Source: Cenococcum geophilum
Lineage: Eukaryota
Direction: 5' to 3'
Assembly: GCA_050273025.1 (NCBI GenBank)
Contig: CP158635.1
Span: 15,934,001-15,998,000, forward strand
Length of the DNA: 64,000 bases
Position numbers and translations under genes: made by a program. The first letter of the stretch is position 1. Every line of letters begins with the position of its first letter. The notes beneath the pieces are model-generated. The model was not told the origin of the DNA. It did not search any database and saw nothing but the letters and a program-made list of their open reading frames with translations. Positions 34,988 through 52,073 of the stretch are shown here, in pieces.

Positions 34988-35402
34988 TGACCACTCCCCG
35001 GGCCACACCAGTCCTCGGGCCCCCTCAAAATGTATGTAAAATCAGCATTTCCGACCCCCAGTAATTTCAACAACCACTTAATAAAATCGCTCGAGATTTA
35101 AATTTGCTGGAATCTATGCCTATGAGACGCCGTCATAGAGTTTATATGCCGTACCGGTTTATCGTTATATATGGACGAGCATTTGGCACTATATCGCGGG
35201 CCAGAATCTCTACTTAAATATCTTATCTTCAAGCTAAAGGTCTATAATTAAGAAAAGAATATTAAAATGTCATAAATACTTAGTATTATTAATTACAAGC
35301 AAAAATAATAAGTGGTTGTTGAAATTGCTGGGGGTCGGAAATGCTGATTTTACATACATTTTGAGGGTGGCCCGGGGACTGCTGTGGCTGGGGGAGTGGT
35401 CA
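34988..35402. mobile_element. MITE with ~90-bp TIRs
   Basis: TGACCACTCCCC...CTCAAAATGTATGTAAAATCAGCATTTCCGACCCCCAG.AATTTCAACAACCACTTA is inverted at 35310-35402. Confidence 0.8.
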
Positions 35403-35411
35403 AACACGTTA

Positions 35412-35848
35412 ACGTTTTAGCCACCCAGTCGAGCCAGCCACCCGGTCGAGCCACCCCAAAACACATCAAAATCTACCAACTTTAACCTTTTATAACTCCA
35501 CCTTTATTAAAGATATTTAAATAAAAATTTAAATATAGCTACTTATATATAGAGGTATTCTATTTATAATATTTTTAAAAAAGGTATTATATATTTAAGC
35601 TAATAAATACTTAATAAAAGCCTATATGACCTAAAAGGGACCGAATTAGGTAATAAATAGAAATAATGATGTAATACTCTTTTAAAAATATGATAAATAA
35701 AATACCTTTATATATAAGCGGCTATATTTAAATTTTTATTTAAATATCTTTAATAGGGGTGGAGTTATAAAAGGTTAAAGTTGGTAGATTTTGATGTGTT
35801 TTGGGGTGGCTCGACCGGGTGGCTGGCTCGACTGGGTGGCTAAAACGT
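35412..35848. mobile_element. Fot1/pogo-type foldback MITE (~175-bp arms, TA TSD)
   Basis: TA|ACGTTTTAGCCACCCAGTCGAGCCAGCCACCCGGTCGAGCCACC ... with an exact inverse ending AAAACGT|TA. Confidence 0.9.
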
Positions 35849-36044
35849 TACAGCCGAAAGCTCCGCTGCAAAGTTTTTCCGGGGCTTGGCGTCTCTCAGA
35901 CGCGACCCGCGTCGAATCGTCGCGCAGTTCATCGCAAGGGAACTGCTACAGGGCTTCTATTCACGAGCGCAAATATGACTTGATGGCCATAAATTTGCAG
36001 CTGGCCTAAAATTTGTGTCTGCTCCGTACTCTCTTTTTTTTTGA

Positions 36045-40001
<3,957 letters not shown>

Positions 40002-40587
40002 TGTCGTGTTTTCTTCATCCTGCTTAAGGATATCTTTACCTTGTCTGAGTTGGACTCAGGGTGTTGATCGCATGGATTTATGACTCTAGGAGGGAGGGCG
40101 TTTCTCAAATGACTGAGCGTGGGTGGCTGGGTCGGATGTGTATGGTTGCTAGAGGATGATACCTCGGATTGGTTGGGTGTGTTGTTTGAATGCATTAATG
40201 CTCTTCGAGTCTGCTCGTTCCATATGGATAAATGTGTTGAATAGTCAGCATAACTTACTGAGAGACGATTGACCGACCCGGTTGAAAGCTTGGCATTTCA
40301 ACGGCGTCCAATGGCATCTTGAACTCACGCCTGCCCATACCTGTCGTTGGAAGCGGATTAAATGCGACGCAACGTTTGCAATGCACCCGGGCGAACCGAG
40401 ATTGTCCAGGTCCTCTTTAGGGCCCGGTAATTATTGAGATGAGGTCTGGAACTTCTCGTTAAAAACGCAGAATAGTTCGAAGACTTAGTCCCGCGGCACC
40501 ACAGCAGGTTACTCCACCTTCTGTATCTCTCTACGAGCCTCAATATGTTTTACTTTCTTCGCCATAGCAGGCATCTGTCAACCTCAG

Positions 40588-41020
40588 ATGTTCTTCGCAG
40601 ACTTCCTTTTTTATTTCATGTCTCCTGGAGAAGAGTCTGCAAGGTCGACTTGGATGTATAAACTACCGGATCTCTCCTTAAATAGCACGAACGTTGTCTT
40701 GGATCTTTCTGTACAAGTAACAGCTTCAGCTTTCTGCGCTATTGAAGCTGCTAATCCAGCCGCCCTAAGAGAAGCTTACGGGCTGTACCGAAAAACCCTC
40801 GCGGCCCACTCTACTCTCCTCATGCTGGAAAAGCCAAGCGTTGACATGATTTGTACACCCGATGCTTTCTTTATTTGAGGCCATGCAATGCACAACTACA
40901 GACATCTATCGGGAACATATCCAAGGCACAGCCAAGACGATTGAGCTTGTAGGGCCTGACGCATGTGCTACAAACTTATTCAGCCAAAATCTTTTCCCAT
41001 GTCCAGACGCAAATGGTACG
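40588..41020 (+). pseudogene. Possible relic of a fungal-specific transcription factor domain
   Basis: Short broken frames with AFCA..LREAYGLY.K.LAAH and downstream H.QG.AK.IELVGP.AC-like residues; no intact gene. Confidence 0.4.
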
Positions 41021-41202
41021 GTCCTACAAATTATTTGATAAATAGTACTAAGTGAGTTAGGGACTGTTCGGTTGTAAAACCGTCAGATTGAATATGAACT
41101 GAAAGTCCAGCAGAAAGAACGCGTTCCTTCCTAATTTGTCGCGTGTCTGTGGCTTTGTAAATCGCACGGACGTGTGCAATCTAAATCCTTCATATTGAAA
41201 CG

Positions 41203-41340
41203 TGTCAGGGCAGTGGCTAGGCTGGCATGGAATATATGAATGATGCTCTATGAGGAAGAATCTAAGGGGCTCGATGGCCCGAGAAGATATCTACAAGGTG
41301 GCCCGCGTACCGTCACGTGATCTATCACGTGCACGACGTG
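41203..41340 (+). repeat. Dispersed repeat, probable partial LTR (second copy at 58142-58265)
   Basis: TGTCAGGGCA...CTCTATGAGGAAGAATCT.AGGGGCTCGA.GGCCC.GAGAAGATATCTACA...GGCCCGCG...GTCACGTGA is shared by both copies. Confidence 0.7.
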
Positions 41341-41979
41341 CTTGGTTACGGGGCAGGATACACTCATATCTGCTCCCTATATTTCAAATTCTTTCACGAA
41401 GCGTCTGAGAGCTTATGGGCGTCGCTTTGGTAAGATTTAATTGTTTTAAGAATCGATTTTTACCCTTTTCTATGAGCTATGTCCTAACTATAATAGTTAT
41501 AATATATATATTTGATGTAATAGGTTCTTTAGGTAATTATATCGTTGTAAATATATAACTATAACTATATCTAGGATACTAAGGTGCGAGGGAGATTGAT
41601 TAGGAGTATTCTAATAAGCGTCCCCGGCATCGCCGTACAGTTTATGCCTTGCGCTTTCATCGAGTCGTATTGATTACGGCTACGAACATCTAAAGTAGTT
41701 ACGGACCTGCTGCTTGGCCTCCACAAAAGAGGAGAATGCGAAATACGAGGAAGCAGTCAGCCTCGCCAGTCAACGACAACCCAACAAAGCCATCCAAAGT
41801 CAACCTTGTGAGCGCCTCACACACGTATCGCAGACTGAAAAGTCATCATATCTACACGGCCGCAAAATGGCACTCATAAATATGCGGCGTTCTCCCTAGC
41901 AAGATCCCAACTAACCTCTCAACGCTAATCACTGAATAGCTCTAAACACTTTTCCATTACTTTTCCTCAACGCTCGAAA

Positions 41980-42765
41980 ATGGCCTCGGAATACCTTAAA
42001 GAAGAAACTGTCGACATCAGTATGATTTCTGAAAAGGAGAAGGAGGAACTCAAGACCTCTGCAGCGTCCATTGCCTCTGGCACCACTGCAGTGAGCACAG
42101 CGGAGAATCCCCAATTCATCGCCGGCAAATCCCTCTTCATCAGTACACGAGGCATTCCAGTATTGCGGCTACCGCTCCCCCCATCTGAGTTAGAGATAGG
42201 CATTTACAATGCCGACGGTTCCCTTGCCTTCCAGTCCACACGAGAAAAGCGCTGGTCAGGCAGTTGTGTCTTGTCCGACACCTCCCGGAATAATCTTGTC
42301 AGCACAACTTACTTTTGGGGGCCTAGCCGCGATCCTGTCCTTCAACTGCTTGGGCCGAGTGCTGATCCGAAGGCCAATGCGATCAAGACAGTATCAAAAT
42401 GGACATCACGCTCGCAGAAGTTTGTCATGCCGGATGGGAGAATATTCGAGTGGACGTACGAGCGGGAGAGACTAGCTGGAGGAAAGAAGGCAACACTTCT
42501 CGTACTTTACAGGAGAGACGGCTCGGCCAAGAATGGAAAGAGGATTGCACAGCTGGTGCGGGATGAAGATACAAGATCCCCTGGATCATCCAAGTGCAGT
42601 GCGGGCAACGGTGGCGAGCTTGTTCTCAGCCAGGATGCTGCAGAGGCGATGGATGAGGCTGTTATTGTCGCCACCTGCATGCTTATGCTGAAGAAAGAAA
42701 TTGATCGCAGGCGCACTGTCCAGATGATAATGATTTCGGCCGCTATTTCGGGGGGCAGTGGTTAG
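41980..42765 (+). CDS. Hypothetical fungal protein (261 aa)
   Basis: Intact single-exon ORF with ATG in AAAATGG context and globular-looking composition (AGNGGEL..., V.ATC.LMLKKEIDRRR). Confidence 0.75.
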   Translation: MASEYLKEETVDISMISEKEKEELKTSAASIASGTTAVSTAENPQFIAGKSLFISTRGIPVLRLPLPPSELEIGIYNADGSLAFQSTREKRWSGSCVLSDTSRNNLVSTTYFWGPSRDPVLQLLGPSADPKANAIKTVSKWTSRSQKFVMPDGRIFEWTYERERLAGGKKATLLVLYRRDGSAKNGKRIAQLVRDEDTRSPGSSKCSAGNGGELVLSQDAAEAMDEAVIVATCMLMLKKEIDRRRTVQMIMISAAISGGSG

Positions 42766-43749
42766 TAGAAGGATGGAAGACACTATAAGCGAGCTTGTGG
42801 GGTTAGGGGAGACTTCAAGTTAGAGGGGTTAGTGTCGTTGGGGTTGTTCAGCATAAGTATTTCTATTTATTTTCTGCTCCATAGTTTTTCTTACTTTTTC
42901 TGCCTTCGGATTAGTATTCCCTCTCATCCATCTACGCATCCCTCGACGACACTCTGTATTTCTATAACACTTTACTATTCTCACCTCATTGCTTTGGATG
43001 TTTCCACTGCAATTCGCCATAATATTCCAGTGCTATAGGACCGCTCAACCGAGTGAGGTCGCTTCAGTTTGTCACAATGAACATTCAGCCACGCCGTCCC
43101 GCCATGTCATCCAGAACCCTACGATAAACATATGTGGTCCATGCTATATACAATAATAAATACCAAGCAGTAACACTTCAAATAATGCTGCCGGTTCCGC
43201 CCAAAAATACGGTCATCTCTCGCGCAGTGCGAATCTGCCTTCCTCTAACTCAACGTCATTGATGTCCGTCCTAACAACCATAGCAGTAGCACTGTCTATT
43301 AAACGAGTCCGGAAGGGGTGGCATTACGATGAACGGAATTCCTGTTATCTGTGATCATAGCTAATGAAAGATATTTTCGACTATAGATTACGCAATAACA
43401 ATCACATCCTCGAATATGTGTATTATAACTTCCATCAACCTTCCCTCTAGTACCTATACTAATTTTTACAGAGGAATAGTTGTGTACGGAACTAAACGAC
43501 AGTCAAGCTGGCGTCTCCTAACCATAGATCACACTGAAATTACAAGACCATACAAATGCTTCCACAGAACAAATCTCCGGCCACTGTGCGGCATCAGGAA
43601 GCTTTCCGGTTATCTCCAATATACGACCAAGCCATCGTCCTTCTGGTGAAGAGGTACCACCTAAGGCATGCTATGCAGTACACATCGACATGTGCATAAA
43701 GTAATATACGACGCCCTTTCAATGATTAGAAAAACTATATTCTACACAC

Positions 43750-44760
43750 CGACAGATTTCAATTGCTGCGTCGCAAATGCCAAAGCTGAATGAACAATTG
43801 GCGGATCCTGGACTACGGAGCGAACGGAGTATACTAAGGAGTATGATGAGAGTCGTGTTATACAACATAATAGTATTGGAAGCAGAGAAATTGAAGAAGT
43901 AAAGCACTGTGGTCCGTAAGCTAGTGGGACGAATGATCTGTGAATCAGACGGTAAAGTTTCGAGGTATGGATCACGGTTATCCTTGATTCCATTGCCATC
44001 GCCATACCTTTAACTCCTCTAACAAACGTAGCGCTGTCGTAGTCGTATCGGTGAATAAAGAGCTACACTCTGAGTGCTGAGCCATATCCGACAAAAGAAA
44101 ATTCCCATCCCGATGGAGTTATGGGCATTCAGCGACGAGATCGAAAAGATATTGATTTGATCGTTTTTGGGTAGCTGGATCAGCCCACGGTATTTGCTTC
44201 CATTCTGACCTTGACATGATCGAGGGTTTTCCTTGTACAGTGACGTAATATTTGTATGGGGCGGGTAGTTTCAAGAGACATTCATTTTGGAAGCGAGGAA
44301 TATGCCGTCGGTCCTCTAAGTTCAAAGAGCTTTTCTAGGCCAATCGTATTATTGAGCCACCGGAAGGGACGAAGCACTGTTACATAAAACAACAATACTC
44401 AGCAGATATTCAGCAGATATGTAGCCCTGACCTTAACTTCCCTCTTACTCACCTCAAGAAGGCTTAGTGCCATTACCGAAACGAACACTTCATCAGATGC
44501 CGCACATGTTGGATCACTTAAGGTAGAATTCAAGTCCTTTAGAGTCGATCCATATAGTCGTATTCCTTTCTGTAATGTCTGGTTGTTTCCATGTCGACTT
44601 CCAAAGAAAGACACCGCCAAGGAGAGAAGTGGCCGCTATAATAGGCGCAAATTAGACTGTCCGACCTGCTGCAAATTGTTAAGCAGGCTTTGGGACGCCC
44701 TCTTCAATGGGCTACCGCTGAATAGACAGGCTCGGATGAACAAGATGCAGGTCTTCGTCT
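43750..44760 (-). pseudogene. Degraded fungal-specific transcription factor domain gene
   Basis: Fragments SFFGSRH...GIRLYGSTLKDLNSTLSDP...DEVFVSVMALSLLE, an intron, and PSIMSRSEWKQIPWA...QYLFD are separated by stops and frameshifts. Confidence 0.55.
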
Positions 44761-45466
44761 CGCGTTGTGCCAACTTAAGCGCAGCAGGGAGACAGCAAAC
44801 ATCACAGGGCGGCTGTGAATCCTAGGGTTGTCAATGATATTTTTTCACCACGCCACTTCCTGCGCCTATCCACTGCGCCGGCTCCCGCCACCGCGGGTCC
44901 GAGATGGTGAGATAATCCGAAAGTCTAGATGTTAATTGCTACTAGTAGACACAACGAGTGTGTGTCGGGTAGGCTACAGCTCCCTTACTCTACCTGCAGC
45001 AAAATAGTCCCTGAGGTGAGCGTTCAACTTGACATTCGATAGGCTGCCTTCGAGACTCCTTACCCGATAATCCTTCGCAATTCTAATGCGGTTCCTCGAA
45101 TCCAAATTCATTCTCATCTTAACGATGCAAACCAGTCTGTATAATTACTTTTTGTTAGGAATATAAATAGTGCTGTAAATGATGGTGGAATGGGTTCGGG
45201 ATCTTGTTCACAGGGCGCAGGAATACAAGCCTACGGTTTTATATCGGTTAGCACTATCGAGCTTCCTTATTTGTATTGCACTGAAAGGATCCTGAGCCTG
45301 AGTGAGTGACCTTTCTATTTAAATCGAATATTTTCCTGCATGAAAACCTCCATATCTGGCATAAAGCAACCTAGAATTCGTAAAGTGTCCCTTGGAAGCT
45401 CCGAATACAACTACGGTTGCTCTCACTCGTCTGAGAAATAATCTATAAGACCAATCCCAAACTGCG

Positions 45467-46474
45467 TCATAGTCTCAGAGGCTGATTTAGGTTCGTATGT
45501 ATACCCACGCTCAACTGTGGAACCTGCTGGTACTTGTTCTTCAGCAAGCCTCTAGTATTCTGCAGCACCTGGACATAGCTCTGCCCCATACCGCCATCTC
45601 CGTACCTCATGGCCTGTAAAAAGGCCCACGACATCGCACCTACATGGCTCCCAGTAATGGTTGCATCAGCACTTGTCTGATCATCTCTGCATCCACTATA
45701 CATGAACACGTGCTTTTTCTCGGCCTTCCAGTCCTCCGCAAAGTGCTCCTCGCCGAGCCCGTCCTCATCGACGGGGTCGCTCATGTGCTTTAGGCTTTTG
45801 AAGAAGCTCTGCGCGCCGGCGAGCAGCTCACGCGCATCGCTAACCTTGTCATAAGTAAAGCCTCCTTGGAGGAGATGTGAAGCGGCAGACATGAGGTGGA
45901 TGCCCTGCTTGACATTATCAATCAAATTAACGTCCCCGTTCTCGTCGGTGCGATACACGAAGGGTAACTCGATAGCTGAACCAGAGTGGCAGCAGTCAAA
46001 CACAACGAAGAGTGTGCTGCTTGGCGGCAATGCGCTGACTAGATGGCGGTGCAGGGTATCGCTATCGATCTGCCCGTTTGTCTCGTAATCTACCGGCACG
46101 ATGGTGTCGTCAAAGCCCGAGTCTCGATCACCGTCCAGATCCCGCACTTGCCCGCCGTGCCCGCTGTAGTGCAGAAAACAGCATGTGTTGGGCTCGCTAA
46201 CAAGCCAATCCATGGCGGCGAGGATGTTGCGGGCAGTGGGGAAGAACGGGCCTCTGCGGTCGCGGTCGTCGGCCAACACTACCATGGATCGCGAGTCGGT
46301 AGGGTAGTCCTTTTCAGCCAAGAAGGAGAGCACATTGTGCACATCTTGGTGGCAGCCTTGAAGTTCATGGGAGGAGCCGGTGTAATCTGCTCTACGCATA
46401 AGCCATCAGCTGAAGGACAAAGAGGGGGCGGGGGTGAGCACACTGATGCCGATAAGCAGGGACTTGCGGCGCAT
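45467..46474 (-). CDS. Metacaspase (peptidase C14) without an N-terminal prodomain
   Basis: MRRKSLLIGI + intron 46387-46443 + NYTG..ELQGCHQDV; catalytic dyad FLHYSGHG and FDCCHSG; SGCRDDQTSADA, GAMSWAF, YQQVPQLS. Confidence 0.93.
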
Positions 46475-47454
46475 TGTCGGATGTTTATAAACAAATACGA
46501 AATTTTCAGGGTCCACGAGGGGCAAGAGATGGCGTACTGCTGTTTTGGGACCGGCCTAGATTACCGGGGGCTTTGGGTGGATTGGACCGTGGAACCCCGC
46601 CCAAGTCATCTTGGTGTTGAGCTTGGTGCTTCATTATCGTCTTGGCAAACTTGGCTTCTCTGATTGACTCGGAGATATGTCGGTGCCAGAATTTCAAAAA
46701 TCTTTTCATGGCGGAGGTTCCGCGGAGTTGTCCTTCACGATATAGACCTTGTTCAGCCGACTCAATATAGTGTTCAACCAAATCATGTCTCAAAAAAGCC
46801 TCCCCCGGAGCTTTGGCCGTTTCCCGATTTCGAACCTCTTCACAGCTGTATATTCCTGAGCACGGCGATTTCAATGCATTGATTTTATTGGTAAATTCTT
46901 ATCGATAACGTATGGACGAATCTTGGCGGGTTAAGGATAGTTTGGTGATCTAGGGCCACGAGAAGAATACATTTACCTTGGAAGAGATCTGACGGCCATG
47001 GTCAGGATTTTGATAATATTTCAGCCTCTTATTCCTCCAAGGTATAGTTACATATATACATACTCCTGAGTATGTATTGATCAGGTACTGCTGCTTGGGA
47101 GTTTTCGGTACTCCAGTAATGTGAAGTTGTTAGTAAACGTATTGGTACGATCCAGTGCGTCCGGGGTAATTGGAATGCTTGATTCTGACTACTAAAGCTA
47201 AGCTAGCAGATCGCGAGTGGGTCCATGAGTCGCGAGCCATATATACAGTACTAATGAACACATTGGAACTCCCCAAGGCCATCCAAATTGGAGCCATGAT
47301 CAAGGTTCAGTAGTCATTGCGACAAAAGAGCAACACTTCTCTTTGGTTTTGTATCGGATTAGTTGATATTCTGGCAGGTAATAGTTTAAAATATTAGAAT
47401 TGAAGACAGAGGAAGACTCAAGGATACGTGTCTATTGGGTATCTTTTGCTGGTG

Positions 47455-48399
47455 TTATCTCCTGTAATATCTGTCTCTACTGCGTGACCTATCTCTTCGG
47501 CGCTCTCTCTCATCTGAAGGACTGTAATTGCGAGGTCGTCGACGCCGGTCATCCTCAGAATTAGAGACACTTGGGTACTTTTGTTTCCGACGATCCCTTG
47601 AGTCTGAACGGTCACGATCGTGTCTTCGGGCAGGCTCTTTTGGTTCAGTAGATTTACGGCGATGTGTGGATTCCCTTGTATCCCTCGGACTTGGTGACTT
47701 GTGTTTTCGGTGATCTTCTAGCCCAGACTTTATTCGTCGTTTCTCCCGTTCCCGATCCTCCGATGCGTCCCGATGCCGCTTGGAGCGGTGGTGCTTATGT
47801 TTACCATCCTTTTTCCTGCTCTTCTTCAATTTCTTTAGCGCAGCTTCAACTTCCTCTCTCTTCTGCTCAACCAGGTACGCCTTCATAGGATCATCATCGT
47901 TATGTGTCCGTACCAGCTCGGCCAGCTCCTTTTCTTCCTTCAACAAAGGCCTCTCTCCTTCACTATCACTTTCTATGCGCCTCTTCTTCCTACTGCTCTC
48001 CTCATCCTCCTCAAGATTCTCATTCCCAAGAGTGTTGTCGGCCTCTTCCTCATCACCTTTCCGCTTATACCTTGTGTGATCAACTCTCAACACCCTTCCC
48101 ATTATTGTTGCTCCGCCTAAGTTATCCACCGCCAAGTCTGTACTTCGCTGATCTTCATATTTGAGAAATGCAAAACCTTTCGACTTGCAAGTTTCCTTGT
48201 CTCGTACTAGGTTAATGAAGACCGGTTCACCAAACTGTGAAAATATGGTAATTACGTCGCCTTCGGAGAGCTCAAAAGGTAATCCACCAATGTAGATGTA
48301 GGCAGTATCGCGATAGTCGGCGTGCCATGAGCCTTCTGGGGTGATGCCTTCTTCGAGTTCGCGTTTATTGAGGTTTTGGATCTGCCGGATGCTATTCAT
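47455..48399 (-). CDS. IST3: RES-complex RRM splicing factor Ist3/Snu17/RBMX2
   Basis: MNSIRQIQNLNKRELE, SWHADYRDTAYIYIGGLP, SKGFAFLKYEDQRSTDLAVDNL; R/S/K-rich tail. Confidence 0.93.
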   Translation of the reverse strand: MNSIRQIQNLNKRELEEGITPEGSWHADYRDTAYIYIGGLPFELSEGDVITIFSQFGEPVFINLVRDKETCKSKGFAFLKYEDQRSTDLAVDNLGGATIMGRVLRVDHTRYKRKGDEEEADNTLGNENLEEDEESSRKKRRIESDSEGERPLLKEEKELAELVRTHNDDDPMKAYLVEQKREEVEAALKKLKKSRKKDGKHKHHRSKRHRDASEDREREKRRIKSGLEDHRKHKSPSPRDTRESTHRRKSTEPKEPARRHDRDRSDSRDRRKQKYPSVSNSEDDRRRRPRNYSPSDERERRRDRSRSRDRYYRR

Positions 48400-48912
48400 G
48401 ATGTGAAAGAGGGTGGAGAGAAGAGCCGGCCAATGTCAGACCCGATGGGCTGAAATTATACCGGAGAGGAGAAGCTTGGAGTAAATCCTGTCGCGCTTCT
48501 CAAAACGTAATTTAGTAGTAGAAATAATCGAGTCGCATTTAAGGTGGCGGTCGGGTACTCTGGCTGGAAACTGGTTGGCGGCAAGAGCGAATGTAATGAG
48601 GTTTGAGCGCGTAGGAACGCGAAGAGAGGTGGCTATAGCTCCTGCAGAGAAGGCTGGGTAAGAAGTCGGCAGAAAACGACGTCGTAGGGCTGAGCTAGCG
48701 AATTTCATAAGTCTTCAATCCCCCAGAAATCTAGGTCTGCTTGAACAATATCACAAAACGCCTCCATTCCCTTTGCCAGGGCTTTTGAAACCCCATAGCC
48801 TTGACTCTAGCATTGCAACGTCTTTAATACAGTGCCCAATCGCAGCTCTGCTGAATGTTCTTCCTCAACGTCCCCGAAACCGCGTCTTGAAACCCCCGAA
48901 TCCACCCTTGAG

Positions 48913-50792
48913 ATGTCGGCTGCATCTCGACGAATATCAAACTACACCACCAGATCCGTAGGTAGTGATCATGATACATCTAGTAGACCGAGAAGCAGTG
49001 AGGAGGGCAAGAAGGAAATATGGACCTCAATGTTAGATGGAGTTTCTAGTGGGAAGAGACTACCGGAAAAGAGTCTCCTTGTGCTAGGTATTCATGGCGC
49101 CCACGTACTTGATACAGGCGTTATTTAGGCACTAATTAAATTTCGTACAGGTGGTACGCCAGATACCCAAAAGGATTTCTTGGAATCCCTCTCCACGGAT
49201 CCATCAAGCAACCGAAGACCACCAGACCGGGGTCGGAAACCGCCCATAGCAAACCAGTTCGCGTTGGGTTATACATACCAGGACGTGTTAGATGCAGATC
49301 ATGAAGGTATATCTTTTTCGATGCCTCACTTTACTCATCCGCACTCCAACATTAACTAATTTCTACCAGATACACTCGCGCGCCTCTCTCTCTATCTCCT
49401 TAACACCCCCACACCATCCTTCACGCCTCTCCTCAAGCCCTACCTCACCCCCCGGACACTTCCGAATATGCTCATTGTGATCCTTCTGGACTGGTCCCAT
49501 CCATGGCTATGGTTACGCCAACTTCGTGAATGGATCCGTGTGCTTCGTTCACTTGTTTCTTCTCTTGACGATGAGTCAAAGGACGTCATGGAGGAAAATA
49601 TTAATAACTGGCGGGACCGAGGGCGGGGGGTGGGCGGTTCTTCTGATAACACTGGAAGTGGATCCTCTGAGACTGTGACGATACCGTTGGGGCCTGGAGA
49701 ATGGGACGAGCCACTGGGTATTCCATTATGTGTGGTTTGCCAAAATGCGGATAAGATTGAAGGCCTGGAGCGGGAACGTGGATGGAAAGAGGAGGAGTTT
49801 GATTTCGTGCTGCAATACCTACGGACTGTGCTGCTCAAACACGGGGCGAGCTTGGTCTACACGATGCCCTCAGCACCAGGATCTTTACAAACGCTCATCC
49901 ACTCAAGTCTTGGGATTAAGTCGATGCTAAAGCAAAAACAACTCAAGCATAACGTCATTGACCGTGACCGTGTTCTTGTGCCACCAAATTGGGATAGCTG
50001 GGGTAAGATTAGAGTACTTAGGGAGGGCTTCGATGTCGAAGGAGTTAGCCTGGCATGGTCAGAGGATATTCAAATACCAGCACATATGCAGCCATACCAT
50101 CAGATAAATGATGCCTCAAACAGACAGAGTGCCCCAGACGGTGAAGCGCAGCCAGGCGCAGAAGAGGAAGACGAGTCTGCAGAAGAAGAGGCCACTGCTG
50201 TATCAATTTATGAAGAAACGATCCGCAACCCCGAACGCGACTCCGCTCTGTCCTCACTCAATCCCAAGCACGGCAACGGCATGGAAGTTCCATCCAGCGA
50301 TGCACAGGCTTTCCTTGCATCACAGGTGGAGATACTCGACCGTTTGCGCGTAGAAGACGAACGCGAGAAGAACGCTAAAGATAAGAAGAAGGGTAACGCG
50401 GTGTACATCTCACAGGACGACGCGAGTGGAGTTGTCGAAGAGCATATCGGGCCTGTGCAATTTAACATGGGCGGCATTCAAGTTAACGCTGACGAGATGA
50501 TTAAACGGTTGCTAGTAAGCTTGCTGTCTTTATGCACTCAGAGGTTTTTTTTATAGTCCCTGTTGTTCCTTAGAACCTCTTTCATTTCTATTCTCCTACA
50601 GCCCATGCAATATTGTGTTAGTAAGTTAATAACTGGACTCCGGCTAACCTTAACGCCATGAAGGATCGCGAAGCAAATCGATCTTCCGATACCGATGCAG
50701 GCGCCTCCACACCAGGCGGAACCGACGCCAAATCCGAGAATGAGCGACTTGCTTCATTTTTCGCCGGGCTGAGTGGCCCTAGAGGTTCATAG
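48913..50792 (+). CDS. Dynein light intermediate chain
   Basis: IWTSML..V..GKRLPEK.LLVLGG, PPIANQFALGYTYQDVLDADHED.LAR, LGPGEWDEPLGIPLCVVCQNA, LVPPNWDSWGKIRVLREGFD, EHIGPVQFNMGGIQV, LASFFAGL. Introns ~49088-49150, 49308-49369, 50515-50663. Confidence 0.9.
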
Positions 50793-51737
50793 TATGGTAG
50801 CGAGCACGTGTACTTCATAATACCCCACCTTAAGGCCGGAATCCTTAGATTGCAATTCAAAGAGGAAAACAGAACCATTTCAAATGGTAGTCTTTAGACC
50901 CTGCCACGGCTGTTCGCGGTTTTCCTTGTTCGGAGGATTAGTGTAGGATTGTGTGGCTTTATACCCAATAACATTCTGCCTTAGCGCATACACCTTTCAG
51001 TGGTAGTGATCTTTAATTGATAAACTCCTATGCTCATTTTAGCAACAGGAAGTCTCCCTACACTTTGCCCCATTCAAATACCCCCTCTCATATAATTATG
51101 CACTCGAGAATCCTCTTCCAACAAATAGTCCCCGTTGTCCGGAAGACTTCCATTCTCATATCAAGCACTCTAGCCCTTTTAGAGTGGAATTCCGGGTTTC
51201 ATGTCAAGAAATCAGTTTCCAAAGAAATCCAAGAAGTAAACTTTGACAAAGCAATGCTAACATTTGCCGGCATTAGCAACATTCCATTGTCTCAATGGTG
51301 GGTAGCTTCTCCATTTGAGTATCCGCCATTAACTTGTTCTGCATCAACTAGCCGGGGACAGGGAGAAATTTCTGTCGGCGAAGATGGCGAACTACAGCAT
51401 TACGAGATCATGCTTATTATTATACTGGAGTCGCAAATGATGACCGCCAAAGTAAGATATGATAGGTTTTGCTACCAGGTGGTAATGCAGGCTCTTTGGA
51501 TAGCAGGATGAGTGGTTCTGGCATATTCTTTTACGACCACACCTGAATGGTCCGTTGAGTTCCGTATGGTTTGACTAATCGTGCGGCGTTGTCATCGAAA
51601 ACCAGTGGAAGGGCTGGCCGAGTGATCTGTATCCCATGCGCCGTCGGTGGAGGCGGTGGTAAGCGAGCCAACTAGACACTCTACATAGATTCACTATTAA
51701 TATTTCGATGTTCGCGCACAAGTAACATTTCCTACTA

Positions 51738-52073
51738 GAGGCAAAACTCCTTAATACGACACCAGGTATATAACGATACATTTGGTATTACGATCCACAC
51801 GCCCTGATTAAGCTTTTTGGGTGTAACTTACGATAATCTGACTTTTGACGATATCGTTAAGCTCTACCACCAATATCGGTATAACTAGTTGTATGAGAAG
51901 GGGGTATATCTGACCCATAAGAAGGGAAATCTATACCCTTTAGGCTTTAAGATCTACTTTTATTGAAGTTGTACTGCTTATTCACTCTACACGTGACTCT
52001 TGATATAACAATACCATTGGTATTGCGATATATTTGGCGCCAAAACCCATATCGTGCTAAGGAGTTTTGCCTG
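51738..52073. mobile_element. Tc1/mariner-type MITE (TA TSD)
   Basis: TA|GAGGCAAAACTCCTTAATACGA ... TCGTGCTAAGGAGTTTTGCCTG|TA. Confidence 0.7.
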
